DNA from: Bispira polyomma
Lineage: Eukaryota
Assembly (NCBI GenBank): GCA_965649765.1
Contig: OZ287753.1
Coordinates: 22,568,001-22,632,000, forward strand
DNA: 64,000 nt
Direction of reading: 5' to 3'
A program made the position numbers and the translations under genes. Under the pieces are notes generated by a model. That model did no database searches. It was not told the origin of the DNA and saw nothing but the letters and a program-made list of their open reading frames with translations. Shown here piece after piece: positions 12,541 to 24,916 of the stretch (positions are counted from its first letter, which is position 1; each line of letters starts with the position of its first letter).

Positions 12541-15192
12541 TTTATCCAGCAAAGGGAATTAATGCCTAGTAGTAGGTTTATTATGTTACAAGTAGTGCAA
12601 AAGTATCCACCAATATGTGCACTTGTGTGTAAGATTCTCAGGCACCATTACTCATGTTCCAAAGTTGGTATTAAGTTGCTAAAGGCTGGTGGGTTTACAG
12701 TGCAGAAATTGTAACTTAAACTGGTTTCATAAAATGCAGGTGTTGTTAGTGATGTGACACTCTAAAGTCTAAATAAAAATTAAAGTTCCCTTTGTTGAAT
12801 CCTAGTTTTTCCACAATTCCCTGTCTTGATCATCTTCACTCCTTTAATGTTAAACCGATCCCTTGAATGTTGCTTGTGTGGGAAAAAGTAAAGTGACACT
12901 GTGTGTGTGTGTCTGTAGTGATCTTCTGGGATCAATATGGCTGACTGTGTGTTCGTGTGTATGTGTGGTTGTCTGGCTAGCCATTGTGTCACATGTGGGG
13001 ATGACGAGTCCCTGTTTGAGTAGCAACTGCTCCATTAGGGTCCACAGCGTCACTCCTGACACTCGTTATACACACACACACACGCCTAGATACAAATGAT
13101 CGTGCTGTCAGGTGACCCAAGAACCAGCCTCACTTTAATATCGGCACACATGCGCAGCAAAAGGGACATTTGACAGTCAGCTGTTTTGAGGGGGGTGATA
13201 AGGATTTTACTCACGGTAATCACAAACAAACAAATAAGAAATTAACTTTGAACACAGGAACATTTGGAGTTTACATTTGGAGTATCAGTGATCTGTTTTT
13301 GAGGATATGTGATCTGTTTTGTTTTTAGTTAATTAAAGAACGATGATGTGATTGATATGTATTCATAATATATTGTCAGAACATTGTACATCTTAATTTG
13401 ACTTATAAAGAGTCGGAAAGTAGACTACTATTTTGAGTACCATGTGTCGTCTCAATTTTTGGTGTACTAGTACTGTAAGGAATGGGAGTAATACATGTGT
13501 GTTAATTGAATGAAATTGTCAATGGTTGTTTTAATTACGTGTCTGTGGTGCCAGTGGTATGAGTGATAAAATTTAATTACCGGCCAAATGGTTACACTAC
13601 ATAATACATTGTATTATAAGGATTGATTGTAGGGCCTGTGTGTAGAGACTGTTTTATTTATTAAAAGGGGGCAGGAGTGGAGACCCAGTGTTGAGAAATA
13701 AAAGCATCAATTGGTTGGTGAACAGCAGGCCTTCTAATAAACATTGATTACTGTATATAAAATAGCCCATAAATTTTACTGGCAGACTAAAGCAGTATAC
13801 AGAGTTATTGAGAGCCATGAAATATTGACATTTGATAGAGTTTGATGTGTTTCATCTCTTCTATTTGGTAAAACGACCCCTTTAGTCTTTGATGCTGTTG
13901 TAGGGAGGTTCTATAATTAATATCTTCCAATGCAACAGTTGGGGCCAGGCCACAGTTTTCTGTATAGTAGCATTGTAAAATCACCTGTTTTAGTAATGAT
14001 GATGGCTGATGAAACGAGCCACTATATGGGGTGTATAACTGTATATGTAGTCAGATAATGGACTAAATTGATGCCAGAACCAATTTCGAATGGAGAGCCT
14101 ATCTTTTATGCTGTGATCACAAAGAGACAATAGGACCTTGTGACATGTTTTTCTCAGGATAAAAGCTACTAAAAGTAAAAAAAAGACAGAAAAGAGGCTT
14201 TGATAACGTTCACCAAAATGCAGTCGGTCAGCTTTTTAGGAATTCATATTCCTCCACCAAATATGGTTCCAAACATCAGGGTAAACTATTGTGTGTCAAA
14301 TAATGTTGTAGTCTAATTAATAGAAATATCTTACTTTCCAATTGCTTTATATAGACAGTTATAATTATAATTGCCAGTTTATGATATTTATTTTGTATAT
14401 AAAGTTTACTATTGATGGAAAGGGTTTCTGTATCCCACCCGTGACAGGTTTCATACAATACTTGTATTATACTCTTCTTTAAATATTTTCTCGTAAATGT
14501 CTAGTTTCGGATGTTTGTCATTCAGTTGTCATGAATGTTTAATCTACCTATTTGGCCCAGACTTATCACTAAAAATAGTGTTGCTCTGTCAATGGGTCCT
14601 ATCCCAAAAGCAAGTTAAAGAAACTTGGGGTCAACCTAATGCCTCTGGGAATGACAGTTACTGCTGCTGGTTGGCTGTATTTGGGCAGTCTTTAACTAGC
14701 ACTTTAGATACAAACTAAAAGTAGGTAAATCAAGTGAATATAAATTTGAATAGTGTACAATACAGTAATTTTTGGGAGAGTGGAAATGTGTTTCATCAAA
14801 TCAAATATCCGGATAAAAGAAGTTCCTATGGTAGAGGTTCAATATTTTGTGTAGCACTCTGAATATTTGCTTTGAGCAGGGTTGGCAGGTTTTTGACTTG
14901 TTCCACAAATAAAGTATATTGCCAGTGAATACAAAGAAATAATTCAAGTACACAGGTAGCAGAAGTTAGGTTTGTGTAAAAAAGAAACAAACAAAAGAAT
15001 TTTTCTTAATTTAATTATTCACAATCTACTTGTACAGGTTTAAATATTATAAATGCTTATTGAAAAGGTATGTTATGTTTGTTTATGAGCACTTGACATT
15101 AGAATATATAGTCGAGTACTCATAAAATTGGCCTCGGTCGTCGAGTACTGAGTACTTGTTTACATCCCTAATTTTGTGTGTGTTGTTTTCAG

Positions 15193-16031
15193 ACTACCAC
15201 GGATGAGGAGTCTGACCATGGTAACACTACTCAACCCCCTCCTAACAAGCCTCTATCTGGCCTTTTGCTAGCCATGCTAGATAACAAGGATGATGACCCT
15301 CAAAGCATCATTGACGAACACTTTAACCGCGTGTGGCACAGTTCCTCTACCGGGCAGACCCCGTCCCGCTCTCCGGGCCGGATATCTCCCGACAGGAGCC
15401 TCCTTGCCAAGAGCTTTATGGGGGGCCAAGGTAACAACGTCTCCGCGATTCACTACCCGTCGTTCACGCTGCCCGCTCCTTCTAAAGGACACCACCTCGA
15501 CACCACATTCCCCATGGCTTCTTCCGGCAGTAAGTCCCACCACAGGAAGAAGGACAAGGACTCAGTAGGCGGCAGTAGTAGCGGGATGGTGTCATTTGAC
15601 AGCGGAGTGGTGGACGACAAACACTCTGCGTCTTATCATGAGGAGCCGCATTACAAACACATCCAGGTACACCACCGCCACTACCACCATCACCACATTA
15701 GTGGGGCTGGTGGAGGAGCTGGGGGCACTGGCGCTGGTGGGGGCAGCGGTGGGGGTAAAGAGGGAAAGCTACGGGAACATGGTGAAAAAGGTGAGGCATG
15801 GCAGGCCAGTTACGGTGGGAAGGGTACCCCAGCGAGAGGGGCCCACCCCGGGGCAGACCGATTCACCAGTACTGTCATGTACGATGACAAACACAAATTA
15901 CGGAAAGCCAAGGACACATCGCGGCAAGCGTCATCAGGGAAAGGTTCTGCAGACACTCAAAGCGCTAATCCCGGGGTTTACGACGTCTCGTCCTTGCGCG
16001 TGCCAAATCTGCATGATCCAACCAATGAAAA
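15193..16031 (+). CDS. Axin: Axin large central exon: beta-catenin-binding helix (DDDPQSIIDEHFNRVW), SP-rich, His-rich and Gly-rich segments
   Basis: Lies within the 285-aa ORF 15178-16035; ttttcag|ACT and AA|gtaagt; 839 nt. DPQSIIDEHFNRV matches Axin NPESILDEHVQRV; GC-rich relative to the flanks. Confidence 0.96.
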
Positions 16032-19000
16032 GTAAGTAATGGCTAATTTAATGAAAAATTTAAAGTTTTGTATTTAGAAATTAGATTTTTAATCTTGCAT
16101 ATAATTTGTTGTAAATATGATCCATTGGTATGGCTTTTGACAAGAAAACAATAGAGAAGGGGATGTTAAAGTCCCTTAAAGTCTTGTGTTTCCATGCGGC
16201 CAACAGCCTGCCGAGGTGGTAAAAATATCTCGTCAGCTGTGGCCTGTGAACAAAAAATAAAGCCCTGAACTTAAAAAAATAAAACCTTTTGTTGTGAATA
16301 AAATCAACCATTAAATAGCATGCATAAAAACACCTGCTACTATCATTACTACCTATCTGGTGTCAATTATCTGTTGTTGGCCATTCAGAGTCTGCTGGAT
16401 GGAAACATAGTCTTAATGGTATTGTAAGTACCAGTTGAAGTTAGGAGATGATCCGTAAGATGCAGAGGTTGTTGAATGTTAAGTTTTGGAGGGCTTAAAT
16501 TAATGGAGAGAGGCAGGAGGAGTATCTTTAGTGGTTATGTCATGTGGTGGTGATGGGTTAAGTGAATTTAGCAACAAGCTTTTTCCTTAATAGACCCTGC
16601 TCAATGGGGTGGAAAGGCTGTGAGAAAACTCTAAGGAATTGACTCTAACTAATTTAGGGATCCTTTAGTCCTCCAGCCAATTACGGCCCGCCTTGCCAGG
16701 ACTAGGCCAGCGTTTGTGTAGAGGGGAAATTGAATATTGCTCGGGCCAAAAGAGGGCAATAATATACAAAGAGGTTTTCACTCTTTGATATTAATGGCTA
16801 ATGCAACCTGTTCAAAGCAAAAGGCCTTTTTGCCCGCTTTCACAAAAATATTGGGTTTGCTTTGTAGCAGGGGCAGATGAAAAGGGCTTTTTGTAGTCGT
16901 TTAATAGCGTTTGATTAATTTAATAATGCGGATTACTGTAATGCAAGTTCATATAAAAACCCACGTCAAAGAATCTGGCCCTGATGTAGGGGGCTCGCCG
17001 GCTCGTTATGGGATGGACTTAGTGCATCCTTACTTCTGCCAAATAGAGGGATTGTTAAAGGAAGTAGAGAGGGTAGTTGTTGCTGCACTATATATGTTTG
17101 GTTGCTTTAAAAGGGCCTCTTCATTGCGCAAGGTCGGGGTGGGGGGGTGAGACAGAGAGAATCCCTCGTAGTTGAGCAGTCATTGTAGTGCGTTGTAGCT
17201 GTAAGGGGGGAGGGGGGGGGGGGAGGGGCGGTGGGGCTACAGGATTTCAAAGGTAGTCATTTACTAGGACTGGGTGGCTAACATAATGGGCAGTTCAAAG
17301 CTCTACAAAGCTTGCCTCAGATTTGATCCATGCATCATATTACAAGGGTAGCAGGGACTTTTGAAAGGCCATGCCTTTTGGTGTTGTGTAACATGAAAGG
17401 GTTTTTTATGCTTGCTTCTCCTGGGGCCCCTATAATGACATGGGAACTTACTGAGTAAACTCAGCTTCTTCATTTCACAGGATTGTAGTTGAAAATTTGT
17501 TGTTTTTGATGTCACATTTGAATTTTGTGCATCTAACACGATTTTGGAAAAAAAAAAAAAAACAGTCGCCAGACTAGAAAGGGGTATTGTTTCTAAAATG
17601 TGCAGGGATAAGCTTTGGTTGATCTAATATTACTTATATCAAGTTTAAGGCAGTACTATTAAGATTATTGAATGAGTAAGCAGTGATTTTTTTCGTGGCC
17701 ACTTTTATCTCTGCGACTCTGTCCGTACACAAGTTGTTAGTGAGACAGAAGGAGTTCTGATGGAACTGGGCGTTTATTAAAGGGAGGCCGATCGCTTCTC
17801 ATCTTGTGCTGGTTTGTGTGTGAAGTGTAGCAATTAGTTAGTGCATCAATGGGGATTGACTTTCCAATGTGAGAAGGGGGAACTCCTCTGATCTCTGCCT
17901 ATCACAGGGCCTTTGTTGAAGCACTTCACAGACTCTGATGTTTCACCAGCTAAAGAATGAGTAATCCTTACAAATCACCCGAGTCTCTCTTTGTACCCTA
18001 ATTGTTCTCAACTTTAAAAAAAAGGGGGGTGGGGGTGCACTTCTTTTATCAAAACAGGATGGATATTTGTCAGAGATCCTGCTTTGGACTAAAAATAAAA
18101 TTCCCTTTTTGTTTAAGTGTTCGTGAAAATTTATGGGAAGTATTAATTTTTGAACTATTGTGCATGGGGTTTTTGTAAGTTTTAGCTTTTTGTGCTTCAG
18201 TAGGAATCTCTTTGCTCATGTATAATATAGGAGACCAGAGACATTATTATAAAACCTCTTTGTAACCAAAAAAATGAGGCATCCCTACTTTTAATGGCTT
18301 CCTTAGTCATCTTGGGGATGCTTTTTCATTAGCAGCACACTTCAAAAGGAATAATTAAGTATTAATATAATTAGAGCAGCCAGTTGGGGTTCTGACTGGG
18401 TAGGGGGGATTAGTGGGAGAGGTCACACAGTCTGGAGGAGTGGTTTGGTGGGGCCTCTTTTTTATGTTGGCAGCAGTGTAATGAGCTTGTCCCTGTATTG
18501 TTGTGACTTTAACAGAAACAGATGCCCAAGCAGTACCACCCACTAACCCTCCCCTGGCCTAATCCCCCCCAGATTCTGAAGAGAAACTGTGTTCCTCTTG
18601 TTTAGATTGCTATTTAAACCAGAATTTTGCTGTAGGCTTTAAACTGTTGTAGAAATTATGTTTGTAATTTGGTAAAATGTGACTTTGGACCTTTTACTCA
18701 GCCTTATGCTTTGTGTATAGCTAAACCAGTGGGTAAAATAATAGCTATAACCTCTATATGTTTGTACACTGCCCTTAGATTATAGAAAATAAACCTCCAT
18801 CTGTCTCATAAACCCTTCCAACCTGTCCCCCAGCTTCTTGCTTTATAATTATATTATACAGGCTATCTTTAATTAGTTTATTGAGATTTCTGACTTTGCT
18901 GCTGGTAGGGTATTAATCTTACAAGGGTAACAATGCAAGGAAGGTGGAATTCACCAGGGGTTTTGTGGTGTAAAGACATGGGTTGGGGGGTTTGTGTGTG

Positions 19001-19830
19001 CACCTTTCTGGAGCTGAGTAGGGTTTCCCACTAATTAGGCGAGTACAAGGGGAAATGAACACTCTCTTAATGGGAAGTTCCTCTTCGTGTAACACTTTTG
19101 TGGTGGTCATTGTTGCATAATTTTGGACATCATGGGATTAGGTTTATCTAAGTGGGGGGGTTGGAGGCATTGATGTGGTCAGTGTGACAGTTCGAAGGAG
19201 ATGTAATTAACTGCAGGTTTGAGAACAAAGGCCTTTGCATATGTAATAAAACATTGACTAATTTCACTTGTGTGTGTATGGTCTCTGCTTTTGGAACAAA
19301 AACAGTTTTTGTAAGGATTATTGTAAGGATATTAGCCGTTAAGACTCCTTATGTCTGTACTTTTAGGGTTTTAGTACTACCAGTGATTGATAAGGTTTGG
19401 TATTAATCCGATTCTATCCTTGTCACTCTTAAACGCCCCCCCACCCTCCCCCCTACACACACACACACCCCCTCCCAGTCTGTGTTACTCTTTTTATCTC
19501 CTGTCTTTTGTAGAGTTTTAAGCATGTTTCTGATAGATTTAACTGTCAGCTGCATTTCTCTATAGTGAAAACACTAACATCCCTTACAATTATAACCCAT
19601 TGTGAAAAACTTTAAATCAGATAACAAATTTTTAAGACGATATGTCCTGTGTTTTTGTGGGGTTTTCTTGGTCGTCAGATATCACTTAAATTATGTTAAT
19701 GCTGTACATTTTTGTATTTTAAGAGGTCTAGCTGGAGTAACAAATGGAAGTTAATCCTCAAGTTATATATCAGTTATGATCAGTATGTTATAGTATTGCT
19801 GTATAATGTATATCCTCTGTTTTTGTGTAG

Positions 19831-19941
19831 GGTTTTGGCCTGGATTCTGGAGAATGAGAAGATATCCTCCGGTAACAACCCACAGTATTCCACAGATGGT
19901 TCAGATAGAGGTTCATCCCACAAACGCTCTTCTCATAAAAG
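19831..19941 (+). CDS. Axin: Axin exon (KVLAWILENEKISS...SSHKRSSHK)
   Basis: gtgtag|G acceptor, AG|gtacac donor; phase 2/2 fits both neighbours. KVLAWILENEK resembles vertebrate KIMQWIIEGEK. Confidence 0.88.
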
Positions 19942-21252
19942 GTACACCCTCTTCTGTTACTCAAATCTGGAGGTTTTTTTGTTTTGTTTTTATTGTTTTT
20001 ATTTAATGAGATTTCACTGAATTTTGATCTGCGGCAACACAAGTTACTAGATTAAAAGGAGATTTCTTATTAAAATTTACAAAAAGAATGAATACTGTAT
20101 GTCCAGAGTCTAGGGGACTTTAATGTTTTTTAGTACTGCTACCCGGGTGGTTCTTGCTTTTCAGTAGTAGTCATCCGTTTCTTGGATTAGTTAGCACACA
20201 CCGTCTGTTATATTCTGATAGCAAAAAATAGGATCGGGGCAAGACAGTCATTATTGACTACCCGGGGATTTGGATTGTGAGATCACTATATAAGTTTCTG
20301 AGTTGGTAGTACATATCCACTAATGTTCTTTCACATGGTTGTGTTGTTATTTCCTGTTGTATATACATAGTAAAATTATAGAATCATTTATAGCTGCAGC
20401 ATATTATTTTGCTTTAATCTCAAAGAATTCTTTATTTTTTGGTGGGCTAGGATTGTCCATGTGAAATGTGAAGTTTATTATCCCAATAAAAATTATGTCT
20501 GGAGGAAAGTTACACTGTAACTGTAATTATTACTGTCATAAACACAAAATGAAGTACTGTCTAGTTACACAGCCGGCTCTTTTCATGTTGTTTGTATTGG
20601 GAAGTTTTTTTTTTTGTTTTTATTTTTTGTTTTGTGGGGGACCCTCTCCTGTGTTGAACACCACTCCTGTTTGACTATGCCCATTATTGTACCACACATT
20701 GCTTGGTACAGTCAAGTAGATACTTCAAGTGGTCACTCTTTTAATGGCCATTTAAGTCATTTTGATTATTGTTAATAAAACTTGCTACTGCATTTTATGA
20801 CCCCCAAGTTTGTTACTGATATTAACCTCTTGGAGTGGGGGAAATTTGTGTTTGACATTACTTAAGCAGGGTAATTACTAGTTCGTTCATAGTTTTTTCA
20901 GATCCACAGTGATATGTTATAATACACAGATTTAATAATTAAATCTGTGCATCAACTTTATATTATAAATAAATTTTAATTACAGTATTGCAGAATTAAA
21001 TGCTATAGAATCCCCACAAAACAAACCTAGTAAAACTAAAGAAATTCCATTTTTGTAGAAATTTAATCTTTTCTAATGCAACCTTAGAAATGTTTTACCT
21101 GCAGTATATCAATTCTGTGTTGTATATCTTTTAAAACTATGATGAAATACTTCTCTTACTGTTGTTATTACTGTGTTTCAGTGGCATGAGCAGTGTTAAT
21201 AGTTATTTTCTGTTTGTAGTATCAATAACCAGCCTTAATTGTTTGTTTACAG

Positions 21253-21463
21253 CGGCAGTAGCAATAAGAAACTGGATGGCAACCGTTCCCTTGACCACAG
21301 CCTTCCCCACAGTTTCACGTTCCCGGGTAGTGGGGTGGGGACGGCTAGTAACCCCTCTCCGGGGGTGCAGCCTGCACAGCCTATCATTCAGGACCCATCC
21401 ATGCCACTCCTCACCCCACCCAACCCCACTGTACAGCTAGAGGAGGCTAGGAGGAGGCTACAG
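21253..21463 (+). CDS. Axin: Axin exon (...QPIIQDPSMPLLTPPNPTVQLEEARRRLQ)
   Basis: ttacag|C and CAG|gtaagg; IQDPSMP..PPNP..QLEEARRRL is a conserved Axin motif. Confidence 0.95.
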
Positions 21464-21877
21464 GTAAGGATGGCTTTATGACTAGCTGTCTGTGTGTGTT
21501 AGGTCATTATGTAGGGGTCTTTGTGACAGTGCTTTTAATCTTGTGCCAGGATCTAATTATATATATTTTAAAGCTCAAAGAGCATAGTCGATTAATCAAC
21601 CAATTAAAAATATTGATTGTACAATTTGATTAATTGTTTTGTTCAATTGTCTCCTTGGATACGACCACCTTCCGTAAAAGGACATTACCAGATTTGAATA
21701 TGATGGTGATAAATGCGCCTTACAATCCACTATAATGGAGATTAAGTGCTATAAAAGTTTAATTAGATAATCGAGTAGAAGTGTACTTTAATTTTTTGAT
21801 ATTTTTTACTGTCTGTTTTTGAATTTGAAATTAGTAAAGCATAAAAGTTAACTTTGTTAATTTTGAAAGAACGACTA

Positions 21878-22097
21878 CAATAGTGTAGAGTAGGGAATCA
21901 AATATTCGCCACTGTATCTGAAATTCGCCACCCCTGAAATTTTAGCAAAATCAATACAAACTGGCTAGAAATAACAGGAATTTAGGTAAGGCAACATAGT
22001 TTACAAAAATCTCTATTTCAGCAAATATTACCCACAATTCTACTAAAAACAACATTTCTTTGGTGGCGGATTTTAGATTTCTTCGTTTTGTCTATTG
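21878..22097. mobile_element. Small MITE with imperfect TIRs (caatag...attcgccac / gtggcggat...ctattg)
   Basis: Inverted termini are visible; it ends about 35 nt before an Axin acceptor. Confidence 0.6.
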
Positions 22098-22131
22098 ATC
22101 TCTTCAATAAGGGTGTTGTGTGTGTTTTTAG

Positions 22132-22349
22132 GATGAGAAGAGAGCCCAGTCAGGACTGTCCCAGTCCCGCTCTCTGAACACCTCCCTCAACACCTCCTCC
22201 TCCTCCCAGGGCACCCGGGACAAGCGGGCCATGCCCCCACCCCCTCTCCCACCCAGGGGCATTCCCCCAAACAAACTACCCCCAACCAACATTCCAGCCA
22301 AACCTCTAGACCTTTCTGCATCAGAAGATTTCTCAGGGTCCTCGAGAGA
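22132..22349 (+). CDS. Axin: Axin exon, Ser/Pro-rich linker (DEKRAQSGLSQS...PPPPLPPRGIPP...SSR)
   Basis: tttttag|GAT and GA|gtaagt; 218 nt, open frame; phase 0/2 is needed to join the flanking exons in frame. Confidence 0.88.
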
Positions 22350-22959
22350 GTAAGTACACCTTACAGTTAAATACAATCTAAAGCTTTTAAAATACACTAC
22401 AACCTCGTATTATAGGAACATGTTGGGAGAGCAGGGTTTTTCTTGGATAATAGAAAGGTTCATAAAATAGAAAGAGATATTTTAGTGTAAAGCAACATGA
22501 AAATTTGATTTTGTGAGAATGGAAATGGGTTCATAAATTTAAATATTTGAATAAAAGAAGTTCCGCTGTAGAACTATCTTGACACGATTTCCTTTTGATG
22601 TGGACCACAAGCTGTATTCTGATGAAGGCCTTTTGTTCTAAAATCTACGCTTGTCGACTCGAAGCATGGCTCGAGTTTAGTCATTTCTCCTGGTCGCTTT
22701 AGGAGTATCATCAGTGTAATTATCTAAGCCTAAGACCTATGTTTGGCCTTAATACTGTGACTTGGCAGGGTATATAATTGTGAACTTTAGTAGTTGGAAA
22801 TAAGAGGAAAGAAAAGGAAATACTAAAGAAAAAGTAAATTTCATCAGGAAACAATAAACTTTTGAGGCATTGTAAATTATTGATAACACAACTATACTAT
22901 AAAAATAGGTAAAACATATATCTATACATAATGTGTTTGTTGTTTTTTTTTTTCACTAG

Positions 22960-23151
22960 GAAAAGTCTGCGTAAGCAACCACTGCCTCTTTTGAATATCT
23001 CCAGTCAAGGCAACCAGCCACAGCAACCGGGAACGATTGTGGTTGGCTACTACTTCTGTGGTGAGCCTATCCCCTACAGAACAACGTTCCAGTCTTCACA
23101 GATCAGTCTGGGCCAGTTTAAACAGCTCATCTCCAAGAGAGGAACTTATAG
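22960..23151 (+). CDS. Axin: Axin exon, N-terminal half of DIX domain ([17 protein letters not shown]...[15 protein letters not shown])
   Basis: cactag|G and AG|gtaggt; [11 protein letters not shown] and LGQFK are Axin DIX signatures. Confidence 0.97.
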
Positions 23152-23184
23152 GTAGGTTATCATACAGTAATGAAATAAAATAGG

Positions 23185-23498
23185 ACATTTGTTGTAAAAA
23201 GCGCACTTACAGAACACAAGTGTCCTTTCAAATGCGCTTCCTCATGGGCAGCCACTATGGGTGCCGAGGTGCTTGAGGATAACCATTTATCAACGTCACC
23301 AAGGACCTTTAATCTGCCACTAGAGATATTACTCAGTGACAGAGGGCCACCATTTTAAGTGGTCATCCAAGCGACTAGGCAAACTTGTGTTCATATCTTG
23401 CCTAAGGATGTTGCCCCACCATATGAAACTAGCGGCCGGTATAGAACCGGGGACCTTCTGATCATCAGACCAACACCCTTACCACTAGACCACGGGGG
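23185..23498 (-). mobile_element. tRNA-derived SINE with conserved central domain and L2-like tail
   Basis: On the - strand: box A GTGGTCTAGTGG, box B GGTTCTATACC, ccttaggcaag core-like motif, aagcgc...gcgctt L2-type 3' end. Confidence 0.8.
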
Positions 23499-24674
23499 AT
23501 TACACTAGTCTGAAACCTATAGTAATAACCTAACAGTAATAATATATGGAGACTGGTTATATTGTTTAGGTTGTGACCATTTTAAACCTTGGTAAAAATG
23601 GGAAGGACAAGAACGGGATTCATCAATTGACTTTCAAATATTTACTTGAAATTAAAACATTTCTCGATTTGACACAATACAAAATATCTCGATTTTGGCA
23701 CTAATAACAATGTACATATTAGTACACTGTTTGCACTTTGTGTGCAAACATAAATGGAGGCACACTTTCTAAAATATGGTATTTTTAAAATGTAAAACCC
23801 CAAAAAGTTTTGTACAAAACTGGAGAGTTGTGTTACACAATGCACTGGTAGTCTGTTCATGGAATTGTTTGTTTGTATTTTGTACACTTGCTGTGCAATA
23901 TGTCTCTGTCTTGTGTTTTTGAAAATTGTTGTCCTAGCTTGGGTTTCATCTATGTTTACTATTATGACAGCAATTTTAAAAGTTAGAAAAAAAAGTTGAA
24001 AGAAAAATAGCAATGAACCCATCCCAGTTCTTCATGATAAAAGTACAGCGGGTTTTCTTCCCCCACCACACATGCCAGGAATAATATGTTTTGTAGCATT
24101 TGGCTTTGATCAGAGATGGAGAGTGTATTTGGTACAAACAAACACAACACCCATTGAAAAAAAAGATAGGTATAAGGAATTGGGGGGGGGGGGGGGGGAA
24201 GTCAACAAGAGAACTAAAAAAACCCATACACACAACAAACAACACAGCAGTTGGTGCTGTAATATAAAGTAAAAGGGGAGTTTGGTTTTATTGTGTTTGA
24301 ACACTCTTTGAACATAGTGTAAGCAGTTGGTGGTGTAGTTGGTGTGGTTGCTAATAATCTGCAGGTCATCATGTTGATGATAATGGTGGCTTTGGTAAGA
24401 ACTCACACCCAGGGTCTCCCAACATCAAAGGTAAATAGAGGCAGGTAGAATGGGTGGACAAAATACAAGTCAGACTTGCAACTGTCAGCAAAACTGGTAG
24501 AAGGACTAGGTTCTTGTAGATATAGCAGTCACAGAGTTAGAAATAAAATCTGTGTACATTTTATCTAGACGGACTGGATGCATATCCATCTTCAGTATGT
24601 ATTTGTCTGGCGTGTGTGAATATACCTTAAGCCTGTCTGTGCAGTCCCTACTTTGAAGCCTCTCTGAGTATCTG

Positions 24675-24916
24675 GGTCCGTATTCTCGAACGTATACTCA
24701 GCTTAAACTCATACTCAACTCAAATATATACCATGTGGAAATCATTATACATGGAAATAACCTATACTTGTGACCATTCATTTTAATAGAGCTTTTAACC
24801 CTGAATTCAAATATCAAGTCAGATTTTAGATATATTTACCGTATTTAGAGATATAGAGAATCTAGATTTGAGTTGAGTATGAGTTTAAGCCGAGTATACG
24901 TTCGAGAATACGGGCC
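24675..24916. mobile_element. Intact MITE, ~52-bp TIRs, CTG target duplication (PIF/Harbinger-like)
   Basis: ctg|ggtccgtattctcgaacgtatactcagcttaaactcatactcaactcaaat ... atttgagttgagtatgagtttaagccgagtatacgttcgagaatacgggcc|ctg. Confidence 0.92.

Noticed and set aside
15277-16039. Overlapping ORFs 15277-15543 (-), 15290-15568 (+) and 15596-16039 (+)
   Set aside because: Shadows of the GC-rich Axin exon; only the 15178 frame has conserved motifs and compatible splice phases.
20130-21252. Extra Axin micro-exons at AG sites near 20133, 20164, 21181 and 21219
   Set aside because: Each gives a phase mismatch or an in-frame stop; the 19941-21253 junction is already in frame.
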